Shown one piece after another: positions 12,749-26,672 of a DNA stretch of 64,000 nucleotides (its first letter is position 1; each line of letters opens with the position of its first letter). This DNA comes from Bispira polyomma (lineage: Eukaryota). The DNA is taken from NCBI GenBank assembly GCA_965649765.1, contig OZ287757.1, positions 31,496,001 to 31,560,000 of the forward strand, written 5' to 3'. Both the position numbers and the translations under genes were made by a program. The notes below the pieces were generated by a model. It was not told the origin of the DNA, did not search any database, and saw only the letters and a program-made list of their open reading frames with translations.

Positions 12749-14915
12749 CTTAATGCTCTACTGGTCACCATAATGTGCAAGCAGATGTCACTTTCCTCAC
12801 ATGGGCATACTCACAGATCATGGCTATACACATAAAACCAGAAAAGAACAAGGTTGCATGCAACCTTTATAGCTTGGCTAACCACCCCTGGCTCCCACTC
12901 TATATAATATTACCCAGACTTTTACTTGAAAACATGTGCTTACATGGACATATAAAATCCTCTTTGAGTCATTTGATCTGCATGGATGGGGCATAATACC
13001 TGGATCAAGCTTTTATTTATACTATTTAGCATTGTGATTTCTCCCCTGTAAGTTACTATTTTAAGCTATATATTATTCTGGTCTCATTTGCCTTGTTTGT
13101 GAATAGGAAATTGCATTTATCTGATTTCCAAATCACATTACCATTTATTTAAAAGTAAAATTAAGGATTCTGCTCTGCTTACAATGGTCTTTTAGTAGAC
13201 ATTCGGATTCTGCTTAAACAGCCAAATAAATATCAATCCCACTTTTCCTTAATGTGAAAACATATGACAGACAATTGCACTAGATAATAAGTACATCTAA
13301 TAAGTACATCTAATTATTTGCCTAGAACAATACTTTTTCTTAAATCAGTTATGCTGGCTTTTTCTTTCGACATATACAGTTTGATCAAGTTGTTCATCTA
13401 GTTAAGGTGACCATAAATTAGGTGTCCTGACTCATTTACGCTTGAATCCTCTTGCTATGAATATAAGCATATAGTAGTTTAGAGATCTGCAGCATAATTT
13501 ACTCACCTTAAAAGTTTTGTGAAGCTTGCTGACACCTGGTGGTGCAGACAAACTTGACCAAACTAAGATAATTATGATATAATGTGTTCTTCTTTTAGGC
13601 GGCAATAAACTGAAAATTAATCTGAAGCCACTTGTGTCTCCAAGGTCACAGGCTAAGATGCTCTAAGAAACATTAACAAAAAAAGTATAAAGTATTTGAT
13701 CAAATTGCCTCCGCTTTTACATAACCTTAAGCATACTCCAACATAAAACAGCCCATCAACGTCTTTTGTCCAAGTAAAGTTCCTTCCCTTTAAAATCTAG
13801 CAAAAAAGAATTAAGAGAAAAATATTTGGAATTTACATCTGAAAAGACTGACACCAAGATCATATAAAGTTCCATTTGAACATGGATACATTAAAGCTAT
13901 TGGGGTAACCAAAGATGTATGAAGCAAGTGGGAACAACAATTGTGGTTTATGAGCAACACTATTCATGTTCCCCTTATCACACTCATAACTCACATAAGT
14001 CACAAAATGAGATACTCCGTTAGATTATGTCTTAATATCACGACAATAAATGACCATGACACATATGCTCTTTACTGAATTACTATTATGAGAAGCTACA
14101 AGTTGTAATAAATCATAGATTTTTTTGTTTGGAATTCTAGATACATTTGAAGTCTGATTCTTTGCAACTAATAATGAAGGAAAAAATTATTACTGAATAA
14201 ATATAACTGCAGTTCTTGCTTTAATTAAAATAATGACAGCTTGCCAAGGGTATTACCATCAATAATTATGTGGTGTTTGAGTTTAAGCTTGAGTTTAAGT
14301 TAAAGCATTTTGATACACAGAGGTTAAGTAGTATGTATGTGACAAAAAAGGTAGCATGGAACAGGGTGGTTATTAGGATGGTCACCAAATCCTGGATGAA
14401 GTTGTACATCAAATTTAGCTAATTATTTGCTGAGGCACCATAATCAACAGACATTCAAAAAAGGTAAAGAAATGGACTAAACTGATACAAAGATGATAAG
14501 CCTGGCTGATGATTAATTGGTAGCTGTGACCTTCCATGCCTAGACAGAATTAGCATCCTTTAAATCAAATCAAATTGTTACACCTCACTCTCATTTGTGC
14601 TAGAGTGTGGCTTTGCAAGTATCCCAATGAATCAACATTACTATGTACCATGGTCTATAGGGCAGGTATTCTTCCTACTAATGAAATGGCATCAAGTAAG
14701 TACAGATCTCACTTTGGGTAGGAATAATGACCAAACGAAGTTGGACCATCATAAATAAACCGTCTGACTAAGACAGCATTTTACTCAAAAAAGAAGGCTG
14801 TTAAAGAGTGTCATTAGTCTAGTTTATTGCATCATTGATAAGTTTCTTGGAAGAAGGTAACACAAAATGCATATGCTGCTTCAAAAATAATGCCACATAT
14901 CTGATTTCCTGTCAC

Positions 14916-15098
14916 TTCACCTAAGTGTGTGCCCAGCTTAAGGAAGTAACAAGGGGTGGTATTATAAATGTATATGGTGTAAAGATGTAGTAAAACTCTA
15001 GATTTGAGATTTTATTATTTACAAGTTAGGACATAGTATACATGTAAAGAAGGTTAAAATAGTAAATTTAAAATTTTGAAATAATTTTAAAACACCCA
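14916..15098 (-). repeat. E2 repeat B2 (copy of B1 at 16345-16498)
   Basis: Near-identical to 16345-16498, except that B1 lacks about 28 bp (~14930-14957). Confidence 0.92.
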
Positions 15099-15423
15099 TG
15101 GTTCATATAAACGTATTATCAATAACAGTATATACGTTCACAAATCAACACAAATAGGACTAGCCATAAAAGTTACAAATAAAAACAGCATAAAAGGTCA
15201 AAGCCTTTCACTGAAATAATATATTAGTCGTATAACTTCTATTTAGAGAACAGTACTAACCTGTGTACAAAGCACCAGGAATTTATCCATTATCATAACA
15301 TATTTCAGTTCACATAATAATCTTGTAAATATCTGTTCATCGTTTTAGACTACTTTTTAACACTGGAAACCCAGCCATGTACTTGGCCAGTATGCAAGTA
15401 TTAGCAGTATTTCAAGGTCAAGT

Positions 15424-15676
15424 GGGGGCCGCGGTGGCCTAGTGGTTAGTAAGCATTGCGCTTCACAATCACTGGTCTCTCACCTCTGGGCGGCGTGTGT
15501 TCGAATCCTGTCGATGCCTATGTGGGAAAGGTGCTAGTTTCTTGGGCCGCTGGTTTCAATGCAGAACCTTAACCGACTGTATGCAGTGTTTCCTCCAGTG
15601 TTTCCAACTACCCATTCCAATATAACCTACTAAAAGGCACTAGAGTGGACGTTAAATATCCAAATTCAAATTCAAA
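15424..15676 (+). mobile_element. tRNA-derived SINE, family 1 copy b (nested in E2)
   Basis: A and B boxes, (CAAATT)3 tail; TSD TTCAAGGTCAAGT at 15411 and 15677. Confidence 0.93.
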
Positions 15677-16115
15677 TTCAAGGTCAAGTACCCCTTAATT
15701 GGTCAAATGTTCAACATATTTTATGGGTTACTGTACAGGGGCAATCAAAAGCAGCTAGGTGGAGGAGGCCGGCCCTGCGGCACCAAATCGCCTAGCGGGG
15801 GGGGGGGGGGGGGGGGGTTCGTGATGTCCAGAGCTCTTATTCTACCCTGGCCTCCTAAACGTGAACTCAGGGAAGGTTTAGAGATCACGACCCCTCACAC
15901 AGACTCGGACTACTCCCCCCAGCGGCAAGTGGATGCGCCTGCCAGGAATTACCCACAAACCTTTAAATAGCAACTCTTAAGCATACTACATCCTGTTGGA
16001 CGTACTCGTATCGGATTTCAAATACATTTCCAGCAAGTTACATGAACGCACTCATGTCTATTTGTGGGTTATAACAATGCACTATTATATTGCTGTGGTA
16101 AGGGGAGGAAGTGGG

Positions 16116-16341
16116 ATAATTTTCCCTGGTGTTGCTTCTTCAGGGCCACGTTTTAAAATGAAGACTAGAAAAAGGTGGGAAAATGTATTGTTCTTCCACA
16201 CAAAGAGAATAGGTGTGTGTATGGCTGGATAGACAGAGTGAATAGTTAGTCGACTCGCCTCCAGGTATTAAGGTAGCTATAAATTTTATTATGTGTGGGG
16301 GTGAATTGAAGTAGCAGACCCCTTTATAGTCGTACTTGCTA
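16116..16341 (-). repeat. E2 repeat A2 (copy of A1 at 21560-21703)
   Basis: Near-identical to 21560-21703, except that A1 lacks about 80 bp lying between two TAGTCG copies. Confidence 0.92.
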
Positions 16342-16505
16342 CAGTTCACCTAAGTGTGGTATTTTAAATGTATATGGTATAAAGATGTAGTAAAACTCTA
16401 GATTTGAGATTTTATTATTTACAAGTTAGGACATAGTATACATGTAAAGAGGGTTAAAATAGTAAATTTAAAATTTTGAAATAATTTTAAAACACCCAAG
16501 CCAAA

Positions 16506-17432
16506 CTAGACAGAAGAAGGAATAGCAAAAGCAAAGGTGAGAGGGACTGTTGAAACTGCCTGTGATGTTTTCTGTAAGTATGTCCATACTGCTGATGATC
16601 TCCAAAGACCATGAGAAATGATGTTCTGCAGGTATACATTATTATTAAATGCAAAAGTTGTACCAGATCTTCTGAATGTATGGAAACTGTGAGATTTTTG
16701 TGGAATCCCAGAGTGTGTGAGTACTGAGGAGAGGGCAGAACGTATGTGTGTATCTATAATTGACCCATGTGGTGGAGAGCAGGCAGCAAACAGGGGAGAT
16801 GTATCTGGTATTGGTCTAGAATGTAATCGCTGTCGCAATGCCTTAACTGGGCATAATTCTTTGTTCTGTAGTTTTGGTATCTGTACAATGTGTACTTCCC
16901 CTCTTGTCTGTAAGTTTTTCACCCATTTTATTATTATGTGGAACCCTGGTGGGCCAAAAATTACATCTTTCCTTAGAGAGTGCTTAGTAGGATCAAACTG
17001 AGCCCTTGAATGTGGTGATATATTAGAAATTCAAAGAAAAGGAAAAAATAATAACAAAAATATAGCTCTGTATAGAATTGGATCAGAGAGGATTACACAT
17101 GATTTGGAAATGAGAAAAAGGTGGTGGTTTTCAAATATACCCCTGGGTTGTGGTCTAAATTGAGAGTTGTGTGTTAGACTTCTCAGAAACATGGCCACTG
17201 TATTGTTCTCGAAAATATTAAAGTCCCAGGAATATTTTTTAGCCATGAATTTTAGAGCCGACAGGTAATTATTGATTGCAGCAGGTGCAGTGCCATTCTG
17301 CACCAAGTATTCCATGAAAGCAATTACTATATGTGTATCTATAACATCCACACCAGCAAAGCAAGTAAATGCCATAAATGTCTTAAATTGACTGTTGTAA
17401 GTAGACAATGTCTTGTGTGGTTTCAGTAGAAC
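16506..17432 (-). pseudogene. E2 tyrosine recombinase (frameshifted)
   Basis: ORFs 17031-17408 and 16506-16922: LCPVKAL, HTFRRSG, HGLWRSSAVWTY. Confidence 0.9.
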
Positions 17433-17438
17433 CTGGAA

Positions 17439-20103
17439 TTATAAATGAATATCGAATTCAAAGAAATTCAGTGGGATTTGGTGCCACACGAAATTCTCTT
17501 GCATTAGTACTGTTTGTTCCTTAGTTGAAAATTGATCTGAATAAACTCTTGAAAGTGCATCTGCTACAGTGTTCTTTTTACCTTTTATGTGCTCTATTTC
17601 TAATCGTATGTCATATGTGGCTGATAACAGCCATATGTTTCTAAGGCATAGTGCCAAAAAATCGTCCCTAGTCTTATTGGAGCCAACCACTAGAACTACT
17701 GCCATGTTGTCACAGAAAAATCTTATTACATTGTCGAACCACTGCTTTCCCCATAACTTAAGTGCTAGTATAATATTTAACATTTCAATGTGTACAATAG
17801 ACACTTGATTATTGTACACATTGTGGAAAGGTGTTGCATAAATTTGATTATTGAAGCACCCTCCAAGACCTGTGAGGCATGCATCAATGTATACTATGTT
17901 ATTGCTGTCAATAATTGGAGAAATAAAGTTGATACCATTATAGTTCTTAAGAAATTTTATAAACCAGCTTATGTCTGCTCTCATTTTGTTTGTAATTTTA
18001 AATCTTTTGGCCTGTGCATTGGCCCGGAATACCATTAGGAGTCTATTAATAAAAGTTCTGGCTGGCTTGACACATTTATGGACATACAGTAATTTTCCTA
18101 AAATAGATTGAAATTTTCCTCTGGAAATCCATTGTTTTTCATAGACCTCCTTACACAATTGAAACATTTTTTCAATTTTTTCTTGGGTAATACTGATGGT
18201 TCCTGCCTGTATGTCTATATCTATCCCTAAACAGGTGACCTTAGTGTCAGTGACAGTTTATCTGGATTGGTGGGGAGGCCTAAAGAATCTACTAACTTCT
18301 GTAACTCATCAAATGCTCTATTTGCTGTGTTTTTGTTCGATATGCAGACGTAGTCATCGATGTAGCAGAACACAGCCGAACGCGACCGCTGGACCGCTGG
18401 ATCCACGTACTTGTCATCTTCAAAGCAGATCCCTAACTTAATTGCATCAACCGGGTCAACTCGTAAATTTCTGAATGCTCTGGCCACGTCCAGTTTCATG
18501 ATTCGTGCTTCCGGTGTAACTTGTATTTCTGCCACAATATCGTCTATCATTGCAAATTTTAAAACAAATTTTGTACCGTTGAATTCTTGCTTATCTACAT
18601 TGTCATTAAATACCCCTTGAGGGTATGATAGATTTAAAATTACGCGGCGTTTGTTTGTGTCCTTTGGGCGTGGGAATAGTGGGGAGCAGTGGGGAGCAGT
18701 GGTATAATTTACTTCCTATAGTCTTTACTGGGCACAACATGGCACCATGGGCACTTTCTTTCTCTAGATATTCCCCAACTGCCGTCATATAACTGGAGGG
18801 CAGAATAGTGGTTGTTTGCTTCTTGTATATTCAATTGATCAGGTTTGGTGAGAGATAAGGGGAAGCCGAATTTTAAATATTGAAATAATAATTTGTCTGT
18901 GTGATCTCTCAGGATTTTCTCCCAGTTGTCTAGATTTAAACCCGAAACCAGTGGTATTCTTGCCCCTCTTGGGAACCCCAGTTGAGTGAATAATATTTGC
19001 AATATCTAATAATTGTGGTATGCTTGATATAAGAATAGGCTCCCTATCTCGGCCTTGAAATGTAAAGCTTGTGTCTGATAATACAATGAAGCCCTTATCC
19101 TTATTAGGCACGTTAATGTCATAAAGCTTTTCCTTATTGGTAAGTTTCTTATCAGTGGAAAAATTTAGAAAATTGTCAAAGAGGTCGGACGACGCCATGA
19201 TTATCTTGTCCTGAACATCCTTGTTCACATTATGTACTTTATTCACATTACATACATTATTAAATGTATTAATACTATTTTTCTGCAAGTCAGCTTCATT
19301 CACTTCTAAAATATCGTCTATAATTCCTGTGATGTGACTAGTATATGTATTATAGTTGTTTTAATACATTCAATATCTTTGTTGTAGTTGTCATATACCT
19401 GTTTGGGTGTTAAGTCACCCATATCTAAATGAGTATCATTCAAACTGTAATTGACATCATCTGTGAATTCAGTTAATGTCACTTCAGTCACTATAGTATA
19501 CAAAATGGCCAGTGGACTAGTTGGTAGCTGTTCACATTTAATGTAGTTGCATAGTTGCTGACTGACATTATATTGCTGGACAAAGAACCCTGCTATGTTT
19601 GGTTTCTGAACCTTAATATGTAAAACTGGTAGTGGGTAATCCCAATAATTGAACTTATGTGACCAATTTGTCACTTGTATGGTGGCATTAGCCATTATTG
19701 TGTTTGCAGGCTTGTTTAACCAGTTATTATCATTAATCTGGTTATCACATTTCCTGTTCTGGGGGAGTACATTATTGCTACCAACTGTTTGCAATGCATT
19801 TGTATACAATAGTATATTATTGCTCTCAAATAGTATTTGTTTTCCTTGCAATACTCTGGCTTTTGTTTTACATGCTTTGGTAACGTCCTGGAAGATTTCA
19901 GCTGTTGTACTACAGCTTGAACTAAGTTGTGACTTCTGTTCATTAACAGTTGCTAAACTGTCTTCTAGATTACATACAGCTTTACTGACCTTTTCAGTTT
20001 CTAATTTTCTCAACTTTACATCACTATCAAGTTTTTTAAAATTATTACTCGACTTAACCTTGGTTACATTTGTTCTATCACATCTGCTAGCTTTTAAATG
20101 CAT
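17439..20103 (-). pseudogene. E2 pol (long linker + RT + RNase H), fragmented
   Basis: LKFGFPL, KLDVARAFR and YIDD; the RNase H ORF 17439-18167 has DAC / IEM / CDN / ADALSR. Several frameshifts and an internal RT deletion. Confidence 0.88.
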
Positions 20104-20226
20104 ATTCTAATGGACACTAATTGAATCACGTCTATTAAAATTTAATATTACAGTACAATAAACCCTATTGTTATTACCCCCAATACACTTTCCAAAAGTT
20201 CGTTTCACTAGTAGTTGGCCAATCTC

Positions 20227-21443
20227 CTAACTGCTGTTATTCGCTTTAACCTCATGTTGTTTAGATGAATTCGACTGGTAGCACTTGAATTCTGGGTGCA
20301 CTACATCCTTATGAAGCAAAGTGGCACAGTGCCAGCAAATGTGCCTGTTTTGCCCGTGATCTGTCTTGTTGTTACATTTGCCTGTGTTGTAGAGCTTACG
20401 AATGGTCCTGGAAGAACTGGACGACTGATTGCTATGTGAGTTGTGCGAGCCGTGAGAGTGAGATGAATGTGCCATGGCCATCTGTGATGCGTTGAGGCAA
20501 TTCAACGCCCACTGGGTGTTGTCACTCCACTGAAGGCGACCCTCTTCTATCTTGTGTATATTATGCAACCACAAAGTACGAACCACTTACCACGGAAGTG
20601 AAGCAGCATCCCGAAGAGATAAAATGACTTGCTGACACATTGCTTTTGAAATGACCGGGTCTGTAACCTGCATGGCATTGGCCAATTGCCCCGCCGCCCA
20701 CTTGGGTAGTGAGAGCTCGTCAAACATGGGCCGTTTCCTGGATGTTCCCCCCACCCAACCTTCATTTGCCCACCTTAGTTTGGGGTCTGCATCAGGGTAC
20801 ATCTGTGCTATTAAAACGCCCAGACCTTTGACATGGGGTCGGCTTACCTTGGGCAAGTGTCTTCTGTGCTTGGATCTCGTACTCTGCCAGCCGTTTATTG
20901 ACTAGTGCTTGAACGTCGGGCAGTGACTTCAATACATCCACTGTAGGCACTCTAGCGTCGGCCGTGTAATTGGTGTGAGCAGGAGGAAGCGTTGGCTGTG
21001 ACGGTGCAGTTACTACAGGTAATGGGTTTGCTACAGGCAGGTTGGTCTGTGTGGTAGCAGCCAGCCAGGTAGTATTCTGGCCTACCCGTGTTTCCATCTG
21101 GTCTAGATGATTCGTGATTCGTTCGTTGGATTTTGCGAGTTTGTCCAGCATCACAAGCATTGAAGCCATAATCTGTCCATCCGAATTCGGCCCTATGGGG
21201 ACGTTATGGTGCTGCTGGAAGCTTTGTAAACGAGGATCTACTGTCATGGCTGTGTAACCATTGTTATTGTCAATGGGAATCTGAGCAGATAATACCTGGT
21301 TCAGAGGGGTCTGTATCTCCGTGGTGCAGTTGTCACTGGCGTCACTGTTCACTAATTTTCGTTGTGAAGTTTTAGCTTTGCTAGTACTTTTACTAGTCTC
21401 TTTTTTTCTTGTTTTCTGATGGTGTCTTTTTTGTTCTACCCAT
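20227..21443 (-). pseudogene. E2 gag-like ORF, fragmented
   Basis: Pieces 20792-21352, 20587-20856 and 20227-20586 with FDELSLPKW, IEEGRLQW and C-terminal HICWHC...HPEFKC. Likely start ATG at 21443. Confidence 0.75.
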
Positions 21444-21559
21444 CCTCAATACACTTATATACCTATCTCAAAATTAATAAACAAACAAAGTAAACTAAAA
21501 GACTAAAGCATAAAACCAATATATAATGTTCATGTAAAAATAAACGTGGATTTTCACAT

Positions 21560-21703
21560 ATAATTTTCCATGGTGTTGCTTCTTCAGGGCCACGTTTTAA
21601 AATGAAGACTAGAAAAAGGTGGGAAAATGTATTGTTCTTCCGCACAAAGAGAATGGGTGTGTATGGCTGGATAGACAGATTGAATAGTTAGTCGTGCTTG
21701 CTA
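21560..21703 (-). repeat. E2 repeat A1 (5' terminus, internally deleted)
   Basis: Matches 16116-16341; terminus TAGCAAGC on the minus strand is shared with E3. Confidence 0.9.
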
Positions 21704-24700
21704 GTAGCTTATAAAGACATTTACATGAAATCCAGGCCAAGAAATTGATTGTTTTCAATTGATAGTATTATATAAACATGTAAACCTTGGCTTACATTGT
21801 TCTATGGTGTGATTTTGACATATTTTTGTGTAATGTATTGGCTCTTAAGTTATATGTTTTAAACTTTTATTTAATAAAAATATATTTTGATTAATTTCAC
21901 TTTTCATTTTTGATTAAAAAGATTAATTAAATCTGAGAGTTAATCTTTTAACAACACAGAAATTATGCTACAATAACACTAAGAACATTAAAAAGCTGGA
22001 GCATATTGATTATTTTTGGCCTAAGAGTTATAAAATAATGGGAAACAATGATTTGCAATTGTAGAGCAGTATTTAATTTTTAAAACTTATTGAATTGTTT
22101 TTTAGTTAATCTAGTTTTTTGGTTAAGTTGGTTTGTAATTTTATAATATCCTTTCTATCACAAGAACATTAAATGACAATGACACATTTGCTCTTTTCTC
22201 AATTACTATTATGAGAGGCTACATATTGAAATAATTCATATCTTTTTGTTTGGAATTCTTGATATGTTTGAGGTCTGATTCCTTGCAACTAATAAAGAAG
22301 GAACAAATTATTAGTGAATGACCTTATTTCCTGGTTAAAATTGTCAGAAGATTTTGTAATAAACAAAAAAATAGATGTTACTTTAGCCTTCTTTAAATAT
22401 AACTGCAGTTCTAGCCTTAATGTCTTAACTAAATCACCATTGGAATCCTTTAGGCTCCTCTATGAAATATTATTTTGTTAATTCCCTGCTTTCCGGGGTT
22501 TTGCTCTGCTCACAATGGTCTTCACTGATTGAATTGACATGTGTCACTACTTAATGCCTATTTGTGAGGATAAAATATTTACATTTAAAAGAAAAAAATC
22601 ATACAAGAAACATGTAATATTGGCCTAGTTAAAGCTATTTTAGCTCTGCTTGCGATTGGTATTGTACTCTTAGTTGATAAAATGTGTCATCACTTATTGC
22701 ATAATGTCACTTCCTGGATATATCCATATAAGTTAAAGTTATATTGGCTTATATGAGCGAAACAAGTCATTTCAGCAGCTTGTATTACATATGTATACTT
22801 TAATTTCATACAAATATTAGTCATATCTAAGCATTTGCCATGCCTAGTCTAATTGTATATAACCATAACGATTCACAATTATTTCTTAAAACAGTCTGCA
22901 TACCCTTTTTAAATACTCCTTCTCACTTATTATGTTAAGGTATATATTATTCTGGTCTCCTCTTCCTTTTTATGAACAGAAAATTGCATTTGTCTGATTT
23001 CCAAGCTTAACAAACCAGTAATTACATTACTACTTTTTTAAAGTAAAATTAAGGATTCTGCTCGAAGAAGACAGATAAATATCAATCCCACTTTACCATC
23101 ATTTGCATAACAATAATTTTTTTAAATCTCTCATGTTGGCTTTTTCTTTCACCCCATACTGTTTGTTTAAGTTTGCAAAAGTGGTTCATGTAGTTAGGGT
23201 GACCAAAAATTGAGTGCCCAGAAAAAAATTTAAATACACAATTGTTTCATGTTTCCAATGTTATAGTTTAATGACAAAATATTAAGAATAAATATATTAA
23301 ATATATTTTTGTTAATTCTTTGCTTTCTGAGCTTTTGTTTAGCTTGCAACGGTCTTTTAGTTAACATTTCACTGATTCAATTGACAAGTGTCATTACTTA
23401 ATGCCTACTTGTGAGACTAAACCATTACATTTTGTATTAAAAAAAGGAGTTAAATCATCACAGGACGCTAACGGGATTGCAAGGGAAGAATTCCGCGTCT
23501 CTGTATTTATTATTTTCTAGGGCTATTTTTTAAAGTTTTGCCATCTTAGCATGCATTATTTCCCTAGATAATGCATGGTTACAATTTGGAAACTGCAAGG
23601 AGTTTTGTTCACTGTGCACTTCTGCTCTTTAAAACATGATAGCAGAACATAGCTAGGTCAATAAGGTCAACATGTCATCCGAGAAGTATGCTGCATATCT
23701 ACAGTCCCTGACAGATGTAATGTACACAATCGTTTATAGGTCAAGATCATATCTCGAAGGTTAAAATACAATCTGATTATTACGTTGTTACATATTTTCT
23801 GAGATCTAGTTTTATGGCAAGGTTATTTCTCCAAGGTCAAATTAGGTCAGGTTAAAATGATTTAAATTCTTTTTAAATTTTTGTCCATCTTAGCTGTCTT
23901 ATGATTGATGACGGTTCTATTCATGTTATAATTCTCCATAAGGAAATACCAAACTTTTATACAAAAATAATTCCTAAACCTGCCCTGCTGTAAGTTTGTG
24001 TACCACAATATATATTTAAAATCTGATTATATATCTAAGTTTCCCACTGAAGCGTCTATTCAAATAATGACAGCTTGCCAAGGATATTACCATTAATAAT
24101 TATGTGGTGTTTGAGTTTGAGCGTGAGTTTAAGTTGAAGAACTTTGATACATAAAGGTTCAATAGTGTTCCTAGGCCACAAAGACAGTATGGAACAGGGT
24201 GGATAATAGGATGGTCACCAAATCCTGGATGAAGTTGTACATCAAATTTAGCTATTACTTGTCGAGGTACCTTAATCAACAGACATTATAAAAAAGGTAA
24301 AGAGATGGACTGAACTGATACAAAGATGAGAAGCGGGGCTGATGATTAATTGGTAGCCGTGACCTTTCTTACCTAGACAGAATAAGTATCCATTAAGTCA
24401 CATCAAATTGTTACACCTCACTGTCTTATTTGTGCTAAAGTGGGGCTTTCGAAGTATCCCCATGAATCAGCATTACTATGTACCATGGTCTATAGGGCAA
24501 GTATATTTCTTACTACTGAAATGATGTCAAATCAGTACAGATCCCACTTTGGGTAGGAATAATGACCAAACTAAGTGCGACCATCATAAATAAACTGTCT
24601 GACTGAGACAGCTTTTTAGACCAAAAGAGAGTGCTGTTAAAGAGGGTCATTAGTCTAGTTTATTGCATCATTGCTAAGTTTCTTGGAAGAAGGTAACGCA

Positions 24701-26672
24701 ATAACGCATATGCTAGTTCAGTAACTAATGCCACATATCTGATTTACTAGGTTATAAAGATAAATACATGAAATCCAGGCTCAGAAAATTATTTTTTTTT
24801 AATCGATGGGATTATATAAACATGTAAACATTGGCCTGCATTGTTGGTATGATGTTATGGTATGATTTTGACATATTTTAGTGTAATGTATTGGCTCTTA
24901 ATTTATATGTATTAAACTTATATTTAATTAAAACATATTTTAATTATTTTTAATTTTCATGTTTAGATTTAAAAGATTAATTAAATCTGAGAGGCAATCT
25001 TTCAACAACACAGAAATTATGCTACAATCCTTTGGAGAGCACCAAAAAGCTGGAGCTTATTGATTAATTTTGCCTGAGAGTTTTCAACTAATGGGAAACA
25101 ATGATTTACAATTGAAGAATAGTATTTATTATCTAAAACTTATTGAATACTTTTTTAGTTAATCTAGTTTTTTAGTAAAGTTGGTTTGTAATTTTATAAA
25201 ATCTATGAACCTGCCTTTTTACATGAGAGACATTTTATACTGCCCTGTAATAATTTAGGAAAATATTGAACTTTCCCTGGAGATAAACCGAAATTTATAA
25301 ACTCTTGTCCTACAAATGGGACATCAGGAATTTTCTTTCTGATGATTGTTTTATTTTATAGGTGTTTTTATATATAACAAAACCAAGCTATTATTAATAG
25401 GTGGGCATCAATTTTTTTAAACTGAACACAAGCATGGAATCTATGGTCCCCACATCTCTTTTCAGAGTAAAGTTAAGTAAACTCTGTCTATTTGAATTTG
25501 TTGCTAAAAAGCTCTTGTAAAGTGAGTGGCCACAAGTATAGGCTATGTTTATATACAAGGACTTTCACCACAGCCTTCACTTGAGATGCAGATAAGTTTG
25601 AGCCTCAGTTCTGGTTAAGAAGGTCTCACTAATTTGTTGTTTGTTTTGGTTGATCTCAAAGTATGTGGTTATTTGTCAAATTTTCATCATGCAGAAATAG
25701 ACTACAAAGTCATATCTATGACAGTGTTCCTTTTTGTAACAAAATCATATTATTTCTAAAAAATATTATTTTTTTAATATTTATTTTATTTATAATCAGA
25801 AAAAAAAGGTACAATAGTACATTACAATATTAAAGTTACAAATGCACTAACATCTCACATCACACACCAGCAATTTACTGAAGGCTTTACAATGCAGACA
25901 AAATTAAAAGCGATTTTAATTTAAAACTATAGAGAGGCTCTAACATTTAAAATAACTTTACAATGACGCACACAATAACCCAAATCTTTCTTTTAAATAT
26001 TAAAGATCTACCTTGATTATTACATACTTTTTCTTCCAAATATATTTTTAATTATATTAAATAAGATAGAATTTGCTTCAAAATTTGCTGAGCTAGCCAT
26101 ATATCCATACAATATGCTACAAATTGGTTTCTTATACACTTGTATACTTTTTAAAATATTATCTATCTTTTTAAATTTGCACTTTAAGGTGGTTTTCAGT
26201 TAAAGCAAGCTTATAACAATGCCATATATCATCATTAGTTTCCAACATAGAGGCAACTTGAAATGGCTACATGCCGTATGGAATGAGACCATGCCAATTC
26301 ATCTGGAACTGACGCCTTCTTGTTTTTGTTTTCTTCTTGCTAGCCTACGTATGTTTTGTCTTAATTGTAATAACCTTTCTGATCTATTGCTCTAGATACT
26401 CATCTAAAATACTCGATATAAGAAATGTATATACATATATATATATATATATAACCAGTGCAAAACCAGATTTTTTAGATGCCGGTGTAAATGCATGTAA
26501 TAACAATGAATCCAAATTAATAATCAGTGTATATTTTTACTTATGTTTTGTATTCAAAGACTTTCTGTTTCAAGTACAGCCAATCAGCACCAGCCTACTG
26601 TCATTCCCCTTACTGAAGAGAGAGGCTTAAGCATGACCGTTTATCAACATCCCCAAGGTTCTTTAGCCTGTT

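Larger units (their letters stand above)
14911..21703 (-). mobile_element. YR retrotransposon E2 (degraded) with A1-ORFs-B1-A2-spacer-B2 repeat pattern
   Basis: gag, RT, RNase H and YR remnants on the minus strand. Ends fixed by the empty paralogous site at 24741 (GATTTACTAGGTTATAAAGA). No TSD. Confidence 0.9.
12940..25200 (+). repeat. Old tandem segmental duplication: ~12940-14910 plus 21705-22140 (split by E2) versus ~22780-25200
   Basis: Collinear diverged matches, e.g. 13069/22941, 14230/24064, 14890/24729, 21705/24748 and 22130/25181. Boundaries approximate. Confidence 0.8.

Noticed and set aside
15830-15900. HDV-like or hammerhead ribozyme (the TTCACGT loop recalls CPEB3 L3)
   Set aside because: I could not build the P1/P2 nested pseudoknot, there is no catalytic C in the expected joiner, and no CUGANGA/GAAA core.
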